Shown: one piece after another, positions 46,478-56,131 of the stretch
How positions within the stretch are numbered: position 1 is the stretch's first letter
Layout: each line of letters begins with the position of its first letter
Assembly: GCA_963737265.1 (NCBI GenBank)
Contig: CAVTRY010000011.1
Location: forward strand, 736,001-800,000
Source: an uncultured delta proteobacterium
GTDB lineage: Bacteria; Myxococcota_A; Polyangia; Fen-1088
DNA length: 64,000 bases
Direction of reading: 5' to 3'
Program-made: the position numbers and the translations under genes
Notes under the pieces: model-generated
Told to the model about the DNA's origin: nothing
The model's input: only the letters and a program-made list of their open reading frames with translations
The model's database searches: none

Positions 46478-47025
46478 TCTGCCGACTGCTTCAGGTTTTG
46501 TGTGTCTTGGCGTTCGCCGCGACCTGCGTGCCCACGTCGCGCGCAGGCGAAACCCAGCAACCGCCCACCGTGTTCGACGGAGCCTACCAGGGGCTGCTGG
46601 TCGGGGGTACCGCGGGCCTGGCGACGGGCTATTTGTTCGCCAGACGTAGTTCGACCGAGTGGAAGCCCCTGGTCTACGGCGTGGGCATTGGCGCTCTTGC
46701 CGGCGCCAGCGTCGGGCTCACCTTGGGAATCGTCGATATGGCGCAGAGACGGCCGGGACGGAATGGCTATGTCATGCGCGACGGCCTCTACGGCGCGGGC
46801 CTGGGCGCGGTGCTGGGCGGGATCGCCGGCGGCCTGGCCGCCTTGTCGTCGAAAAAAGGCGAGCACATTCTGCTTGGCGGCTCCATCGGAATCCTGTCGG
46901 GCACTTGCCTCGGCATGGGCGTCGGCGCCGTCGAGGGCTATCGTCGATACTCGGCGTCCGTCGCGACGGTGGAGCAGGCCGGAGGCGGCATCGCCTTCCT
47001 GCCGGCGTTCGCCGCGCGCTTCTAG
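46474..47025 (+). CDS. Hypothetical Gly-rich membrane protein with signal peptide
   Basis: ATGA overlap with tkt; four Gly-zipper-like hydrophobic segments; ends in F. Confidence 0.65.
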
Positions 47026-47906
47026 AGCGTCTTTCGTCTGACTTCGACGAACTTGCCGGTCGCTTCGTCGTGGGCGTAGGTCGCGACGGCGATGGCCCTG
47101 CCTTCGAGCTCGAAGATATGGTAGCGCGAACGCCGATCGGCCCCGCCGTTGTACGAGGCCGAGCCGGCGCCGACGACCGGAATGGCCGTGCCGCCAGGTC
47201 CGGGCAATTGGGCGAAGAAATCGCGGTGGTCGTGACCGTGCAGAATGAGATCCACACCCGTGCGCGCGAGCAATGCCTGCAATTCCTGGCGATCGCGCAG
47301 ATTGCGATCTTCGCCAGGCCGGTGCACGAGCGGCGGGTGGTGAATGAGGAGCACGCGCCGGCGGCCCTTGACCTCCGGTGCCTCGAGAAGCGATTCCAAA
47401 CGGGCGAGCTGAGCTGCGCCGAGCTTTCCCCACGCACCCAAATCCCCGGTGGGCACGGCCGTGCTCACGCACAACAAAGCGACCTCGCCGCGCAGACGCA
47501 CGAAGGGATACACGGCCTGGTCCACGCGCATCTGCGCCGTCTGATAGGCCGCAAACATGCGTTCGAAGACTCCGGCGGCGACGACCTTGGGAACGTAGGC
47601 ATCGTGGTTGCCTGGAATCACGGTGACTTGTTCCGACGAAAGTTGCGAGCCGTCGATCCAACGCAGGGCCGCCGACCATTCGGATTCGAGGGCGATATTG
47701 CACAGGTCGCCGGTGAGCGCCAGATGGTCCACGCTTCGCCCGCGCAGATCTTCTAGCAGCGATTGCAACAGCGCCATGCTGTGTTTGTGCCTGCGGCGCA
47801 GTAGCAGGTTCAGCCCGCCGATGGCGCGCTTGCCGAGCAGGTCGCGCAGCTTGACGTCACGGAAGCTCTGAAAATGCGGGTCGCTAACCTGGGCCAGGCG
47901 GAACAT
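47022..47906 (-). CDS. Metallophosphoesterase (Icc/CpdA-like)
   Basis: SDPH, TGD, PGNHD, HHPP and HGHDH motifs. Confidence 0.9.
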   Translation of the reverse strand: MFRLAQVSDPHFQSFRDVKLRDLLGKRAIGGLNLLLRRRHKHSMALLQSLLEDLRGRSVDHLALTGDLCNIALESEWSAALRWIDGSQLSSEQVTVIPGNHDAYVPKVVAAGVFERMFAAYQTAQMRVDQAVYPFVRLRGEVALLCVSTAVPTGDLGAWGKLGAAQLARLESLLEAPEVKGRRRVLLIHHPPLVHRPGEDRNLRDRQELQALLARTGVDLILHGHDHRDFFAQLPGPGGTAIPVVGAGSASYNGGADRRSRYHIFELEGRAIAVATYAHDEATGKFVEVRRKTL

Positions 47907-48715
47907 CAGGTGGCCTCGACTTGGATATCCGCCAGCAGGCCGAAGTGATCGGACGCGTACACCCGGTCGGCGCCGGGCTGCTCGAACACGATGCGGCAAG
48001 AATGAATCGTCCCTCGTCCGTCGCCGCGCATGGGAGTCACGAAGATGTAGTCGAGTCGACGATCCGGCTCAAGGAAGGCGAGCTTCGCCGTGTAGGGATT
48101 GGCGCGCGCCCATGTCCAGCCCATCTCGCCCGGGTGCAAGCGATCCCACGCATCCTGAAAATAGGTACGCCGACCGCCGACAGTCACCATCCCTCGCAAC
48201 CAGCGGATCTCGTCCGACTCCGGCCGCGCGTTGAAGTCGCCCATGAGGATGTGCGGCGCAGCGGTGGCCCGCCCGGCGACGCTCGCATCGATCGCTTGAA
48301 CCTGATCCTCGCGCTGCTTGCCATGCGCCAGGCGGAAGTTGAGGTGGGTGGTGTGAATCCAAACCCCGCCCTGCCCGCTCTGGATGCGCGCCGATAGCAG
48401 GAATCGCCGTTCCTTGGGCTCAGCATGCGGCAATTCCACGGCGGCACTTTCAACGATTGGGTCGCGGCTGAGCAGCGCCAAACCCTCCAGACCGCCGCCG
48501 ATGGGCGTGGCGGGCGCGAATACGTGATGGTAACCAGCCGCCCGGGCCAGCGTCTCGGCCTGATTCGGCAGCGACGAAGGCACTTCGCGCACCTCTTGCA
48601 GCGCCACCACGTCGGGGGCGAGCTCGGCAAGCCCGCCTAGGACCATTGCCATGCGCTGCTCGAGTGGTGGCTCCGAACCCCATAGATTGAGCGTGAGACA
48701 GCGAAGAATTCTCAC
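47906..48715 (-). CDS. Endonuclease/exonuclease/phosphatase family protein
   Basis: TLNLW, ALQEV, THL, GDFN, RLDYIF and SDHFG motifs. Confidence 0.92.
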   Translation of the reverse strand: MRILRCLTLNLWGSEPPLEQRMAMVLGGLAELAPDVVALQEVREVPSSLPNQAETLARAAGYHHVFAPATPIGGGLEGLALLSRDPIVESAAVELPHAEPKERRFLLSARIQSGQGGVWIHTTHLNFRLAHGKQREDQVQAIDASVAGRATAAPHILMGDFNARPESDEIRWLRGMVTVGGRRTYFQDAWDRLHPGEMGWTWARANPYTAKLAFLEPDRRLDYIFVTPMRGDGRGTIHSCRIVFEQPGADRVYASDHFGLLADIQVEAT

Positions 48716-48727
48716 GACGCGAGATCC

Positions 48728-49096
48728 CTACGCAGCCTCGCCGCGATAGGTACAGCACGAGTCGGCGGTTTCCCACACCGTCACCGCCGAGAGATACGAA
48801 ATCTTCCGGGCCACGGCCTCCCAGATGTAGGCGCACAGGTTTTCGCAGGTCGGATTGTCCAGCCCGTGCACGTCGTTCAGTGTGTGGTGGTCGAATTGCC
48901 GAAACAGCTCGGCCCAGGCGTCGTCGATCACGGAGAAGTCAACGACCCATCCCGAAGCCGGGCTGACCGGCCCGCGCAGAGCGATCTCGACGCGATAGCT
49001 GTGGCCGTGCATGCGCGAGCACTTGTGCCCCACCGACACCTGCGGCAAGTGGTGGGCGGCTTCAAACAAAAAGATCTTCTTGAGCTCGACCGTCAA
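48728..49096 (-). CDS. queD: 6-carboxytetrahydropterin synthase
   Basis: FEAAHHLP, CSRMHGHSY, DHHTLND, NPTCEN and WET motifs. Confidence 0.94.
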   Translation of the reverse strand: MTVELKKIFLFEAAHHLPQVSVGHKCSRMHGHSYRVEIALRGPVSPASGWVVDFSVIDDAWAELFRQFDHHTLNDVHGLDNPTCENLCAYIWEAVARKISYLSAVTVWETADSCCTYRGEAA

Positions 49097-49129
49097 AGCG
49101 ACGGGAGTCTAGCACGGGCTTGGCACGGG

Positions 49130-49798
49130 CTAGCAACCTGCGTAGCGCTTGAGTGCATCCAGATGAACCAGCCTGCCCTCAGGCAGGATCAGCGCCGTCA
49201 ATTGCCTTCCGTACACACACCCGGTGTCGAGGCCGGTCGCCAGCGGATACTGCTGCAAACCTCGGACGGCGTCGTGGCCAAATATGACGTGCTCTGGACC
49301 CCGCCAGCGCGCGGCCCACGGACTGCGAAGCAGAAGGCGGCTGGTTGGCTCGCCGCCGTCCGGGATGCTGCGCAGACTGAGCAGGTGCTCCCGTTTCTGA
49401 CTCTCGACGGCCACGCCGGGCACCAAACCCGCGTGCACGACCACGAGCTCGGGCCCATCGACGCTCGCCGGACCCAGCCGCAGGAACAAAGGCAGCGCCT
49501 CGAGATACGCCCAGTCCTCCGCGCGCAGACTGCGCAGGTAGGCCCGGCGGTTGCGCGGCCCAGTGCGTCTGTCCGCCTCGCGCTGGTGCGCGAGCGCAAA
49601 AGCGTCGTGATTGCCAAGAACGGCCAGGGCGCCGTTTTCGCGGGCGAACTGCACAGCGCCCTGGGAATCAGGCCCCTTGGCCACCAGATCCCCCGCAAGC
49701 ACCAAACGGTCGCCTTGGCTATGGCCACACTTGCGCAGCAGGAGCCGCAGCTCCTCGGCGCAACCATGAACATCACCCACAACGATGGTTCTTTGCAT
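49130..49798 (-). CDS. Metallophosphoesterase, ApaH/PPP-like
   Basis: GDVHG, GDLVAKGP, GNHD, VHAG, FGH and LDTGCVYG motifs. Confidence 0.9.
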   Translation of the reverse strand: MQRTIVVGDVHGCAEELRLLLRKCGHSQGDRLVLAGDLVAKGPDSQGAVQFARENGALAVLGNHDAFALAHQREADRRTGPRNRRAYLRSLRAEDWAYLEALPLFLRLGPASVDGPELVVVHAGLVPGVAVESQKREHLLSLRSIPDGGEPTSRLLLRSPWAARWRGPEHVIFGHDAVRGLQQYPLATGLDTGCVYGRQLTALILPEGRLVHLDALKRYAGC

Positions 49799-49904
49799 GG
49801 GCCAAGGGTCATGATAGCAGCCTGTGCCAAGGCCCGCGCCTTTCGCCGAGCAAAAAGCGGGCGCAACCATCGACTTCCGCACTAAGATCGCTCAGATTCT
49901 GGGT

Positions 49905-50855
49905 GTGAGAGAACTTGTCGACACCCGTTCGCGTAGGCTGCGCGTTCTCGGGCAAACGGCTGCCGCGGCGGAAGACAAAGAGCGGCCTCACCATCCCCCG
50001 TGGATTCGGGCGCGCCTGCCGTCCGGTCAGGTCTACTTCGACTTGCGCCAGCGCGTGCACGCCCTCGGTTTGCACACGGTGTGCGAAAGCGCGTCCTGCC
50101 CCAACGTGGGCGAGTGCTGGAGCGCCAAGTCGCTTACCATCATGATTCTCGGTGCTCTGTGCACGCGGTCGTGCAAGTTCTGCGACGTTCCCACCGGCAA
50201 GCCCCTGCCGCCCGATCCCGACGAGCCGGCTCGCGTAGCCACCATGCTTGCAGAGCTCGGCCTAGCGCACGCCGTGATCACCTGCGTAACCCGCGACGAT
50301 CTGGCCGACGGGGGCGCCGCCCATTGGGCCGCCACCATTCGCGCCGTCAAGGAGCGTTGCCCCGACATGGTGCTCGAGGTATTGACCAGCGATTTCAAGG
50401 GCGACACCGGTGCTGTCGACGTGGTGCTGGACGCCGGCCCGGACGTCTTCGCCCACAACTTGGAAACCGTGCCGCGACTCGCGCGACAGGTGCGCGTGCA
50501 GGCCAGCGACGAACGCTCGTTGGCGGTCCTTACCCACGCGAACAAGCGCGGCGCGCTCACCAAGAGCGGGCTGATGCTCGGGCTCGGCGAGACTCTCGAC
50601 GAAGCGCGCGCGGTGATGCGAGAGCTGAGCGCGGCGGGCGTGGCCATTTTGACCCTGGGCCAGTACCTGCGGCCGTCCCGCCAACACCTGCCTGTCGAGC
50701 GCCATGTCACGCCCGACGAATTCCAGCAGCTCAAGGAAGAAGGCCTCGCCATGGGATTCTCCCACGTCGAATCGGGGCCGCTCGTGCGCTCCAGCTACCA
50801 TGCCTCGAACCAGCACGACCTGGTTCGCCAACGCAAGGCGCTCGCGGCCAAGTAA
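49905..50855 (+). CDS. lipA: Lipoyl synthase
   Basis: TVCESASCPNVGECW, CTRSCKFC, HNLETV and RSSYHA motifs; start uncertain. Confidence 0.96.
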   Translation: MRELVDTRSRRLRVLGQTAAAAEDKERPHHPPWIRARLPSGQVYFDLRQRVHALGLHTVCESASCPNVGECWSAKSLTIMILGALCTRSCKFCDVPTGKPLPPDPDEPARVATMLAELGLAHAVITCVTRDDLADGGAAHWAATIRAVKERCPDMVLEVLTSDFKGDTGAVDVVLDAGPDVFAHNLETVPRLARQVRVQASDERSLAVLTHANKRGALTKSGLMLGLGETLDEARAVMRELSAAGVAILTLGQYLRPSRQHLPVERHVTPDEFQQLKEEGLAMGFSHVESGPLVRSSYHASNQHDLVRQRKALAAK

Positions 50856-50863
50856 AACCGCCG

Positions 50864-52138
50864 CTAGCCCAAATCGGCCTCGGCGCGAGCGATTTGATCT
50901 TCCAGGCGACGCTCTTCGGCCGCAAGGTCGCTGCGGCCAAGGAAGGCGGTGTAGCTCATGAACGCGGTCAAATACGACAGATCCTTCGCCCAGGCAGGCA
51001 GGTAGACTGGCTCGCTCACCACGCCCTCGCGCGCCAGCCGGTCGAACAGCGGCGTGTCGTCGACCCCTAGTTTGCCGACGAAGAGAAGTCTGACGAGCTG
51101 GCTCTGGCCCTTGACCAAGGCGATGCGCAGAAAGTTCGTCACGCGCAAGAGTCCATCGAGATAACAGCCATCCTTGGTGAACGGCGCACCACCCTCGACC
51201 AGGCCGCCGCGCATGACCCGGCGAGCGCAGTCGAACGACATGTGCGGGTCGTTTCCGCGCTCGCAAAAGAAGCGATACAGATCGACGAAGCTCGCGCCCC
51301 CCTCGGCCATGTGAATGGCCAAAGTTCGATCGCACAGTCGCCGAACGCGCGAAAGGCTGGTTGAGCCCGTGATGAATTCCGTGAACACTGCCAAGCCTTC
51401 CTGGGTGCGCGTGGTGCGTGGCGAAGGCATACCGATGAAGGGAACCACGGGCTGGGCACGGCCATTCAGCGTGGTCGCCATGTGGACCTGTCCCTCGTGA
51501 AATTCAATCTGGCGCAGGTCGCGCTGGGAAAAGCGAGCATTGCGCTTGAGCCGAATCTCCGCGGCGGTGCTCGACGCGGTGGCGGCCAGGTGGTCCACGA
51601 TCTTCACCTTCACCGGATGATCGGTGAAGAATGCGGCAAATCGCCCGCGCAGAAAATCGGCGGCTTCCTCGGCGCCGAGCGTGGGCTGGTCGACGTCGGA
51701 CAAGGGCGGCGAAAAGCCGGCGACAACCTGTTCGAAATGCCGAGCAAGATCGAGGTTCGTCGTGTGGCGATCCGAGGAAAGGCTCGCCGGCTTGCCGTAC
51801 AGCTCGACGGAGTTGTGGTAAAAATCTCTGGTGCCGATGGCAAGCAGCATGCGCGCGGCTGTCGCCATGGCGACGCAGGTTTCTCGCAAAAAACGCTCGA
51901 TTTCGTTCTCGCCGTCGAGACGGCGGACCAAGTCCTGGAACGTGGCAAGGGCGTCCGCCACACCCGGGGGGATGTTGTAGCTCGCCCGTGGCAAGCCCCT
52001 CGCACCGCGCGCGAAAAACTCCTGCTCGACCTCGTCGGGCCACGCCAAGGCGCGGAGCACGCGCAGTGGCTTCTGCGCCGCCAGGATCTCGGCCGAGCCA
52101 TCGCGCAGCAGGTTCACCAACCGCTGTGAAATCCCCAT
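50864..52138 (-). CDS. DUF1704 / QEGLA-motif putative metallopeptidase
   Basis: HEGQVH, TQEGLA and FTKD..YL.G motifs. Confidence 0.87.
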   Translation of the reverse strand: MGISQRLVNLLRDGSAEILAAQKPLRVLRALAWPDEVEQEFFARGARGLPRASYNIPPGVADALATFQDLVRRLDGENEIERFLRETCVAMATAARMLLAIGTRDFYHNSVELYGKPASLSSDRHTTNLDLARHFEQVVAGFSPPLSDVDQPTLGAEEAADFLRGRFAAFFTDHPVKVKIVDHLAATASSTAAEIRLKRNARFSQRDLRQIEFHEGQVHMATTLNGRAQPVVPFIGMPSPRTTRTQEGLAVFTEFITGSTSLSRVRRLCDRTLAIHMAEGGASFVDLYRFFCERGNDPHMSFDCARRVMRGGLVEGGAPFTKDGCYLDGLLRVTNFLRIALVKGQSQLVRLLFVGKLGVDDTPLFDRLAREGVVSEPVYLPAWAKDLSYLTAFMSYTAFLGRSDLAAEERRLEDQIARAEADLG

Positions 52139-52158
52139 GCGGCTCCTTATCGACGAGA

Positions 52159-53067
52159 TTAGCCGCCGCCGACCCGGCGCCCGGCCGGAACCGAGTAGGT
52201 GATCCACGCGTTTGCACCGACCACGGCACCCTTGCCTATCACCGTGTCGCCGCCCAAGATTGTGGCGTTGGCGTAGATCACGACCTCATCCTCGATGGTC
52301 GGGTGACGTTGCGGCACCACGGGCTTGCCCGACTTCTCGCCGGACGCGACCTTACTGCGTTTGATCGAAAGCGCGCCCAGGGTCACGCCTTGGTAGATGC
52401 GCACGAAATTTCCGATACGGGTCGTCTCGCCGACCACAATCCCGGTGCCGTGATCGATAAAGAAGGGTGAGCCGATGGTGGCGCCGGGGTGGATGTCGAT
52501 GCCAGTGCGGGCGTGCGCGTATTCGGTCATCATGCGTGGGACGAGCTCTCCGCCTTCGCGCAAGATGCGATTGGCCGCACGGTAGATTGCGATGGCGTAG
52601 AGTCCCGGATAGCAGGCGATGACCTCGTCGGGCCCCGTGGCGGCGGGGTCCGCCTCGCACGCGATCTGAACGTCGAGGGCCAGCGCCGCGCGCAGCTCGG
52701 GCAGCGTGGCAAGCGTCCGGCCAACGATTGCTCGCGCCTTGCGCTTGCAAGCGTCCCTGCCCTTTCCGTTCGCCTCGCAGCGCCGATGCCCGACGAGGTA
52801 GAGCGCGTCCTCCAGCCGGGGTTCCAAGTCGGCCAAGACCTCGGCCAGTCGATCGCGAGCTTCTTCGTGAGAAGAGTCTTCGGCCAGTCGCGTCCGCCGC
52901 GTGCCCGGAAGAATGACGGACAGGACGTCGTTGACGATGGCCGCGATCTCATCCTGCGAAGGCAGCGCCCCGACCAATACGGATTCGCCGGCCTTCTGGC
53001 CCATGCGCAGGACACGCTCTGCAAGCGCGCGATGGGAGGTCGTGGTCAGCGAGGAATTCGTCGTCAT
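52159..53067 (-). CDS. cysE: Serine O-acetyltransferase (long EpsC-like form)
   Basis: DPAA, YPG, TGIDIHPGATIG, FIDHGTG, QGVTLGA and RHPT motifs. Confidence 0.92.
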   Translation of the reverse strand: MTTNSSLTTTSHRALAERVLRMGQKAGESVLVGALPSQDEIAAIVNDVLSVILPGTRRTRLAEDSSHEEARDRLAEVLADLEPRLEDALYLVGHRRCEANGKGRDACKRKARAIVGRTLATLPELRAALALDVQIACEADPAATGPDEVIACYPGLYAIAIYRAANRILREGGELVPRMMTEYAHARTGIDIHPGATIGSPFFIDHGTGIVVGETTRIGNFVRIYQGVTLGALSIKRSKVASGEKSGKPVVPQRHPTIEDEVVIYANATILGGDTVIGKGAVVGANAWITYSVPAGRRVGGG

Positions 53068-53121
53068 TCGTGCAATCTAACTCCATTTCAGCCTCGCATC
53101 CGACAGGAATTGCGCCGCGGA

Positions 53122-53709
53122 TCAGCCGTTCTCCGCCGATCGCCGCAGCAGAATCACGATTGCCCCCTCGCCTCCATGCGCCGGCGAAGCCGACGAGAAT
53201 GCCAGAACCCGAGCCAGCAGCGGCGGCCGACCGAGCGAGTCGATCACGACCTCACGAAGCACGGGACCTGCGGGGCCTGAATGCAGGCCGCGGCCGAAAA
53301 CCACCAGAACCGCGCGCCACCGGGCCACGGCCGCTTCTTCCACAAACTGCCGAACTCTCCGCCGGGCCGCCTCGGCGTGAAGACCATGCAGATCGCAACT
53401 TGCCTCGGGACGAAGGTCGCCCCGACCGAGCGCACGCAAAGTCAGACGGGACACGCCAAAGCTCGCTCCGGTCACGCGCCCATCCTGCCGATTCACAACC
53501 AGACGCTGATCCAAAACGGACTTCTGCTGTGCTTTGCCCAAAGGCGCAGGAGATGTCGGGGCGAGATTGTCGAAGGTCGGCACGATTCGATCCGAGCCCC
53601 GGTGCAGAGGTCGGACATCGGCGAACTCCCGCTCGAACAGCAGCCGATCTTCGTCGCTCAGACCTGACGAAGCGGGCGCTATCTTGGATGGCGGTTTGCG
53701 CGCGGACAC
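53122..53709 (-). CDS. Smr domain protein
   Basis: DLHG, GRGLHS, PVLR and GGEGA motifs. Confidence 0.85.
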   Translation of the reverse strand: MSARKPPSKIAPASSGLSDEDRLLFEREFADVRPLHRGSDRIVPTFDNLAPTSPAPLGKAQQKSVLDQRLVVNRQDGRVTGASFGVSRLTLRALGRGDLRPEASCDLHGLHAEAARRRVRQFVEEAAVARWRAVLVVFGRGLHSGPAGPVLREVVIDSLGRPPLLARVLAFSSASPAHGGEGAIVILLRRSAENG

Positions 53710-53755
53710 GATTGGGGCTCTCCGCGCCCAATCTTACCGCTTGGCTCGTCGCTGG

Positions 53756-56128
53756 CTACTTGCTTGCGCGCGCCGCCGGGCCACGCTCGTCGAGGTAGAA
53801 CAGAACCCACGCCAGCGGCGCGTTCCAATTGATGGTGATTTCGTTGGTTGCCCAGGATTCGATGTTGTCGGCGAAACACTTGTCCGGCGCGCAATCAAAC
53901 ATGTTGGCCGCCTTGACGTACGGATCTTGCAGCCCCGAATTGGGGCCGCCCGAAACCGCGCCGGGCGGCGCGTGCGGAAACCTGTTGTTCGACTGATACG
54001 CCCAGAAGCGATGGTGCGGATTCACCAGCGGCCGCGAGCCCCAGCCGGTCACGTAGGATTGATCCATGGCGTTGCGGCCGAGGATGTAGTCCATGCCCGC
54101 GACCACCGCATTCAGGTACTTGCGCGAATCCGTGAAATCCCCGGCCAACCCCAAGACGACCAGATTGTTGAGCAGGAACGAGTTCGACCCCCAAGGCGAC
54201 TTGTTGCTCTTGCCCCAGTCGATGGGGACGCGAAAACCGCGCTGCTTTAGAATCGCCATGTACGCGTCCGCCGCGCCGATCACGGCGCCGCGCGCGGTCT
54301 TGAGCTCGCCGGCCGGCAAGGCGCCAGGCGCGATCGAAAGCGATATGGTCCCGAGCGCCGCCACCTCCTGCCACGTCATGCTCGACGGAATGCCCTGCCC
54401 CTCGCCCTGGCCCAAGTGAACCGGAACTTTCAGAAACGACGGCGACGAGGTGAGGTACTGGCGGTACTCCGGCCGCTTCGTCGTGATGAAAAGCTCGGCC
54501 GCCGCCCAGTAGAACTCGTCCTCGACGTGGTTGTCTTCGTAAGGACCACCACCGACGCCGCCGGGCTTGGCGAAGATCGCTGGATTGCGGGCCGCGGCGG
54601 CCCAAGCCTTTCCGGCGGCCGTCACGCAACGTGCGGCGAAAGCGGGATCGATGGTCTTCCAGATCCGCCCGGCCTGCGCGGCGACCGCGGCCAGATTCAG
54701 TGTCGCCGCAGTCGACACCGGGTAGAGGAAACGCGGCATCGGATCTTCGTGCGGCGCCAGTCCGAGCGCGGTCCATTCTTTGTCGTGAACCTTGTGGTGC
54801 ACCATACCCGCCTTGGGCTGGCCGTCGGGCACCTGCATCTTGAGCAAAAACTCCAACTCCCAGCGGACCTCGTCGAGCAAATCGGCGACGCCGTTGTGCT
54901 GTTCGGGGATGCTGAGGGTTCGGTCGGCAAACGCCTTAGTCGATTTGCCTATGAACGTGCTTCGCTCGTAGAGGTTGAGCAGGGTCCACACCGAAATGCC
55001 GCCGTTCACGACGTACTTGCCGTGATCGCCGGCGTCGTACCAGCCACCGGCAACGTCCAGACGGTAGGCGCAGCCTGACCCCTGTGCGCACGGCACGCTC
55101 TTGTCGGACAAGTGACCGGCCGGCCGCGTCCACTGAGCACCACCGGCATAGGGCATGGTGATGTCGATGCCCGATCGGTTGTGATAGTAGTACGCAAGGG
55201 CGTCGTACTTCATCTTGTGATAGATGTCGTTGCCGATCTCGAAGGGCCGGCTGCGGTCGTCGCCCACGGTCAGCACGAAGCCGCGCCCGGCGCCTTTGAA
55301 GGCAGAAAAGTCGATGATGTGAACACGTTCGCCTGACGGTTCGTCGAGGCCGGCGGGCTGGGTCTTGCCGTAGGCCGCCTCGTGGCCGTCGCCGCCCATC
55401 AATTTCCAGTCGAGCTGCTGAGGCGCCGCCGACTTCAGCGTCGCGATCTTGGCCAGGTTCGGATAGTAGCCGACCTGATTGACGAGAATATTGACGGTAT
55501 TGTCGGCCTTCTGTTTGGCCGGACGGGTGAACTGTTGGTCTTCCAGTCGGACGTTGTCGATACAGATCGTCAGCGGCGAGTGCGTTCCGTCGGCCAACCG
55601 TCCGCCCATGTGAAAGGCGAACTCGGCACCCGGATCGTCCCCGCTGCTCTTCCTGAACCTGCCCGTGAAACGCCGCGGGGTCTGGTCGAGCTTGATTTCC
55701 TCAAACCAGTATTCGGCATAGGGCGGGCCTTGCATGCCGACCTTGGGGCGAATGCTCGTGGGCTGCGTGGCGAAGGCGCGAAAGCTGATGGTGTAGCGAT
55801 GGCCGCCCTGGATCACCATCTCGCGATGGCGAACCTGGGCGTCCCAGTTGTTGTAGCCGCGATTGTCGATGCGTAAGCACAGGGCGCCGTCGACCACTCC
55901 CACCTCGCCGTTGGCGGGGGAAGTGAACGACGACGTCCACGGCAGGCTGGTTCCGTCTTCAAAGGTCGCGTTCGCGATCAGGTTGTGCGGCGAGATAGCG
56001 ATGTCGCCAGGAACCGCGGCCGATTCGGCCGAGTCGCCTGCGCTCGACCGTTCATCTCGCCTGGTCTCGCCAATCGGGACGCAGGCTGCAATCCCGAAAA
56101 CACAAGGAAGCAGCCTGACTATCCGCAT
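53756..56128 (-). CDS. GH9 cellulase with CBM4-like and Ig-like domains, putative lipoprotein
   Basis: FGIAAC lipobox; CBM4-like region; VNQVGY Ig domain; GGWYDAGDHGKY, PHHRFW and WATNEITINWNA catalytic motifs. Confidence 0.95.
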   Translation of the reverse strand: MRIVRLLPCVFGIAACVPIGETRRDERSSAGDSAESAAVPGDIAISPHNLIANATFEDGTSLPWTSSFTSPANGEVGVVDGALCLRIDNRGYNNWDAQVRHREMVIQGGHRYTISFRAFATQPTSIRPKVGMQGPPYAEYWFEEIKLDQTPRRFTGRFRKSSGDDPGAEFAFHMGGRLADGTHSPLTICIDNVRLEDQQFTRPAKQKADNTVNILVNQVGYYPNLAKIATLKSAAPQQLDWKLMGGDGHEAAYGKTQPAGLDEPSGERVHIIDFSAFKGAGRGFVLTVGDDRSRPFEIGNDIYHKMKYDALAYYYHNRSGIDITMPYAGGAQWTRPAGHLSDKSVPCAQGSGCAYRLDVAGGWYDAGDHGKYVVNGGISVWTLLNLYERSTFIGKSTKAFADRTLSIPEQHNGVADLLDEVRWELEFLLKMQVPDGQPKAGMVHHKVHDKEWTALGLAPHEDPMPRFLYPVSTAATLNLAAVAAQAGRIWKTIDPAFAARCVTAAGKAWAAAARNPAIFAKPGGVGGGPYEDNHVEDEFYWAAAELFITTKRPEYRQYLTSSPSFLKVPVHLGQGEGQGIPSSMTWQEVAALGTISLSIAPGALPAGELKTARGAVIGAADAYMAILKQRGFRVPIDWGKSNKSPWGSNSFLLNNLVVLGLAGDFTDSRKYLNAVVAGMDYILGRNAMDQSYVTGWGSRPLVNPHHRFWAYQSNNRFPHAPPGAVSGGPNSGLQDPYVKAANMFDCAPDKCFADNIESWATNEITINWNAPLAWVLFYLDERGPAARASK

Positions 56129-56131
56129 CGA

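Noticed and set aside
53071-53086. Sigma54-like site upstream of cysE (TGGAGTTAGATTGCA)
   Set aside because: GG-GC spacing is 9 rather than 10, and it lies too close to the ATG
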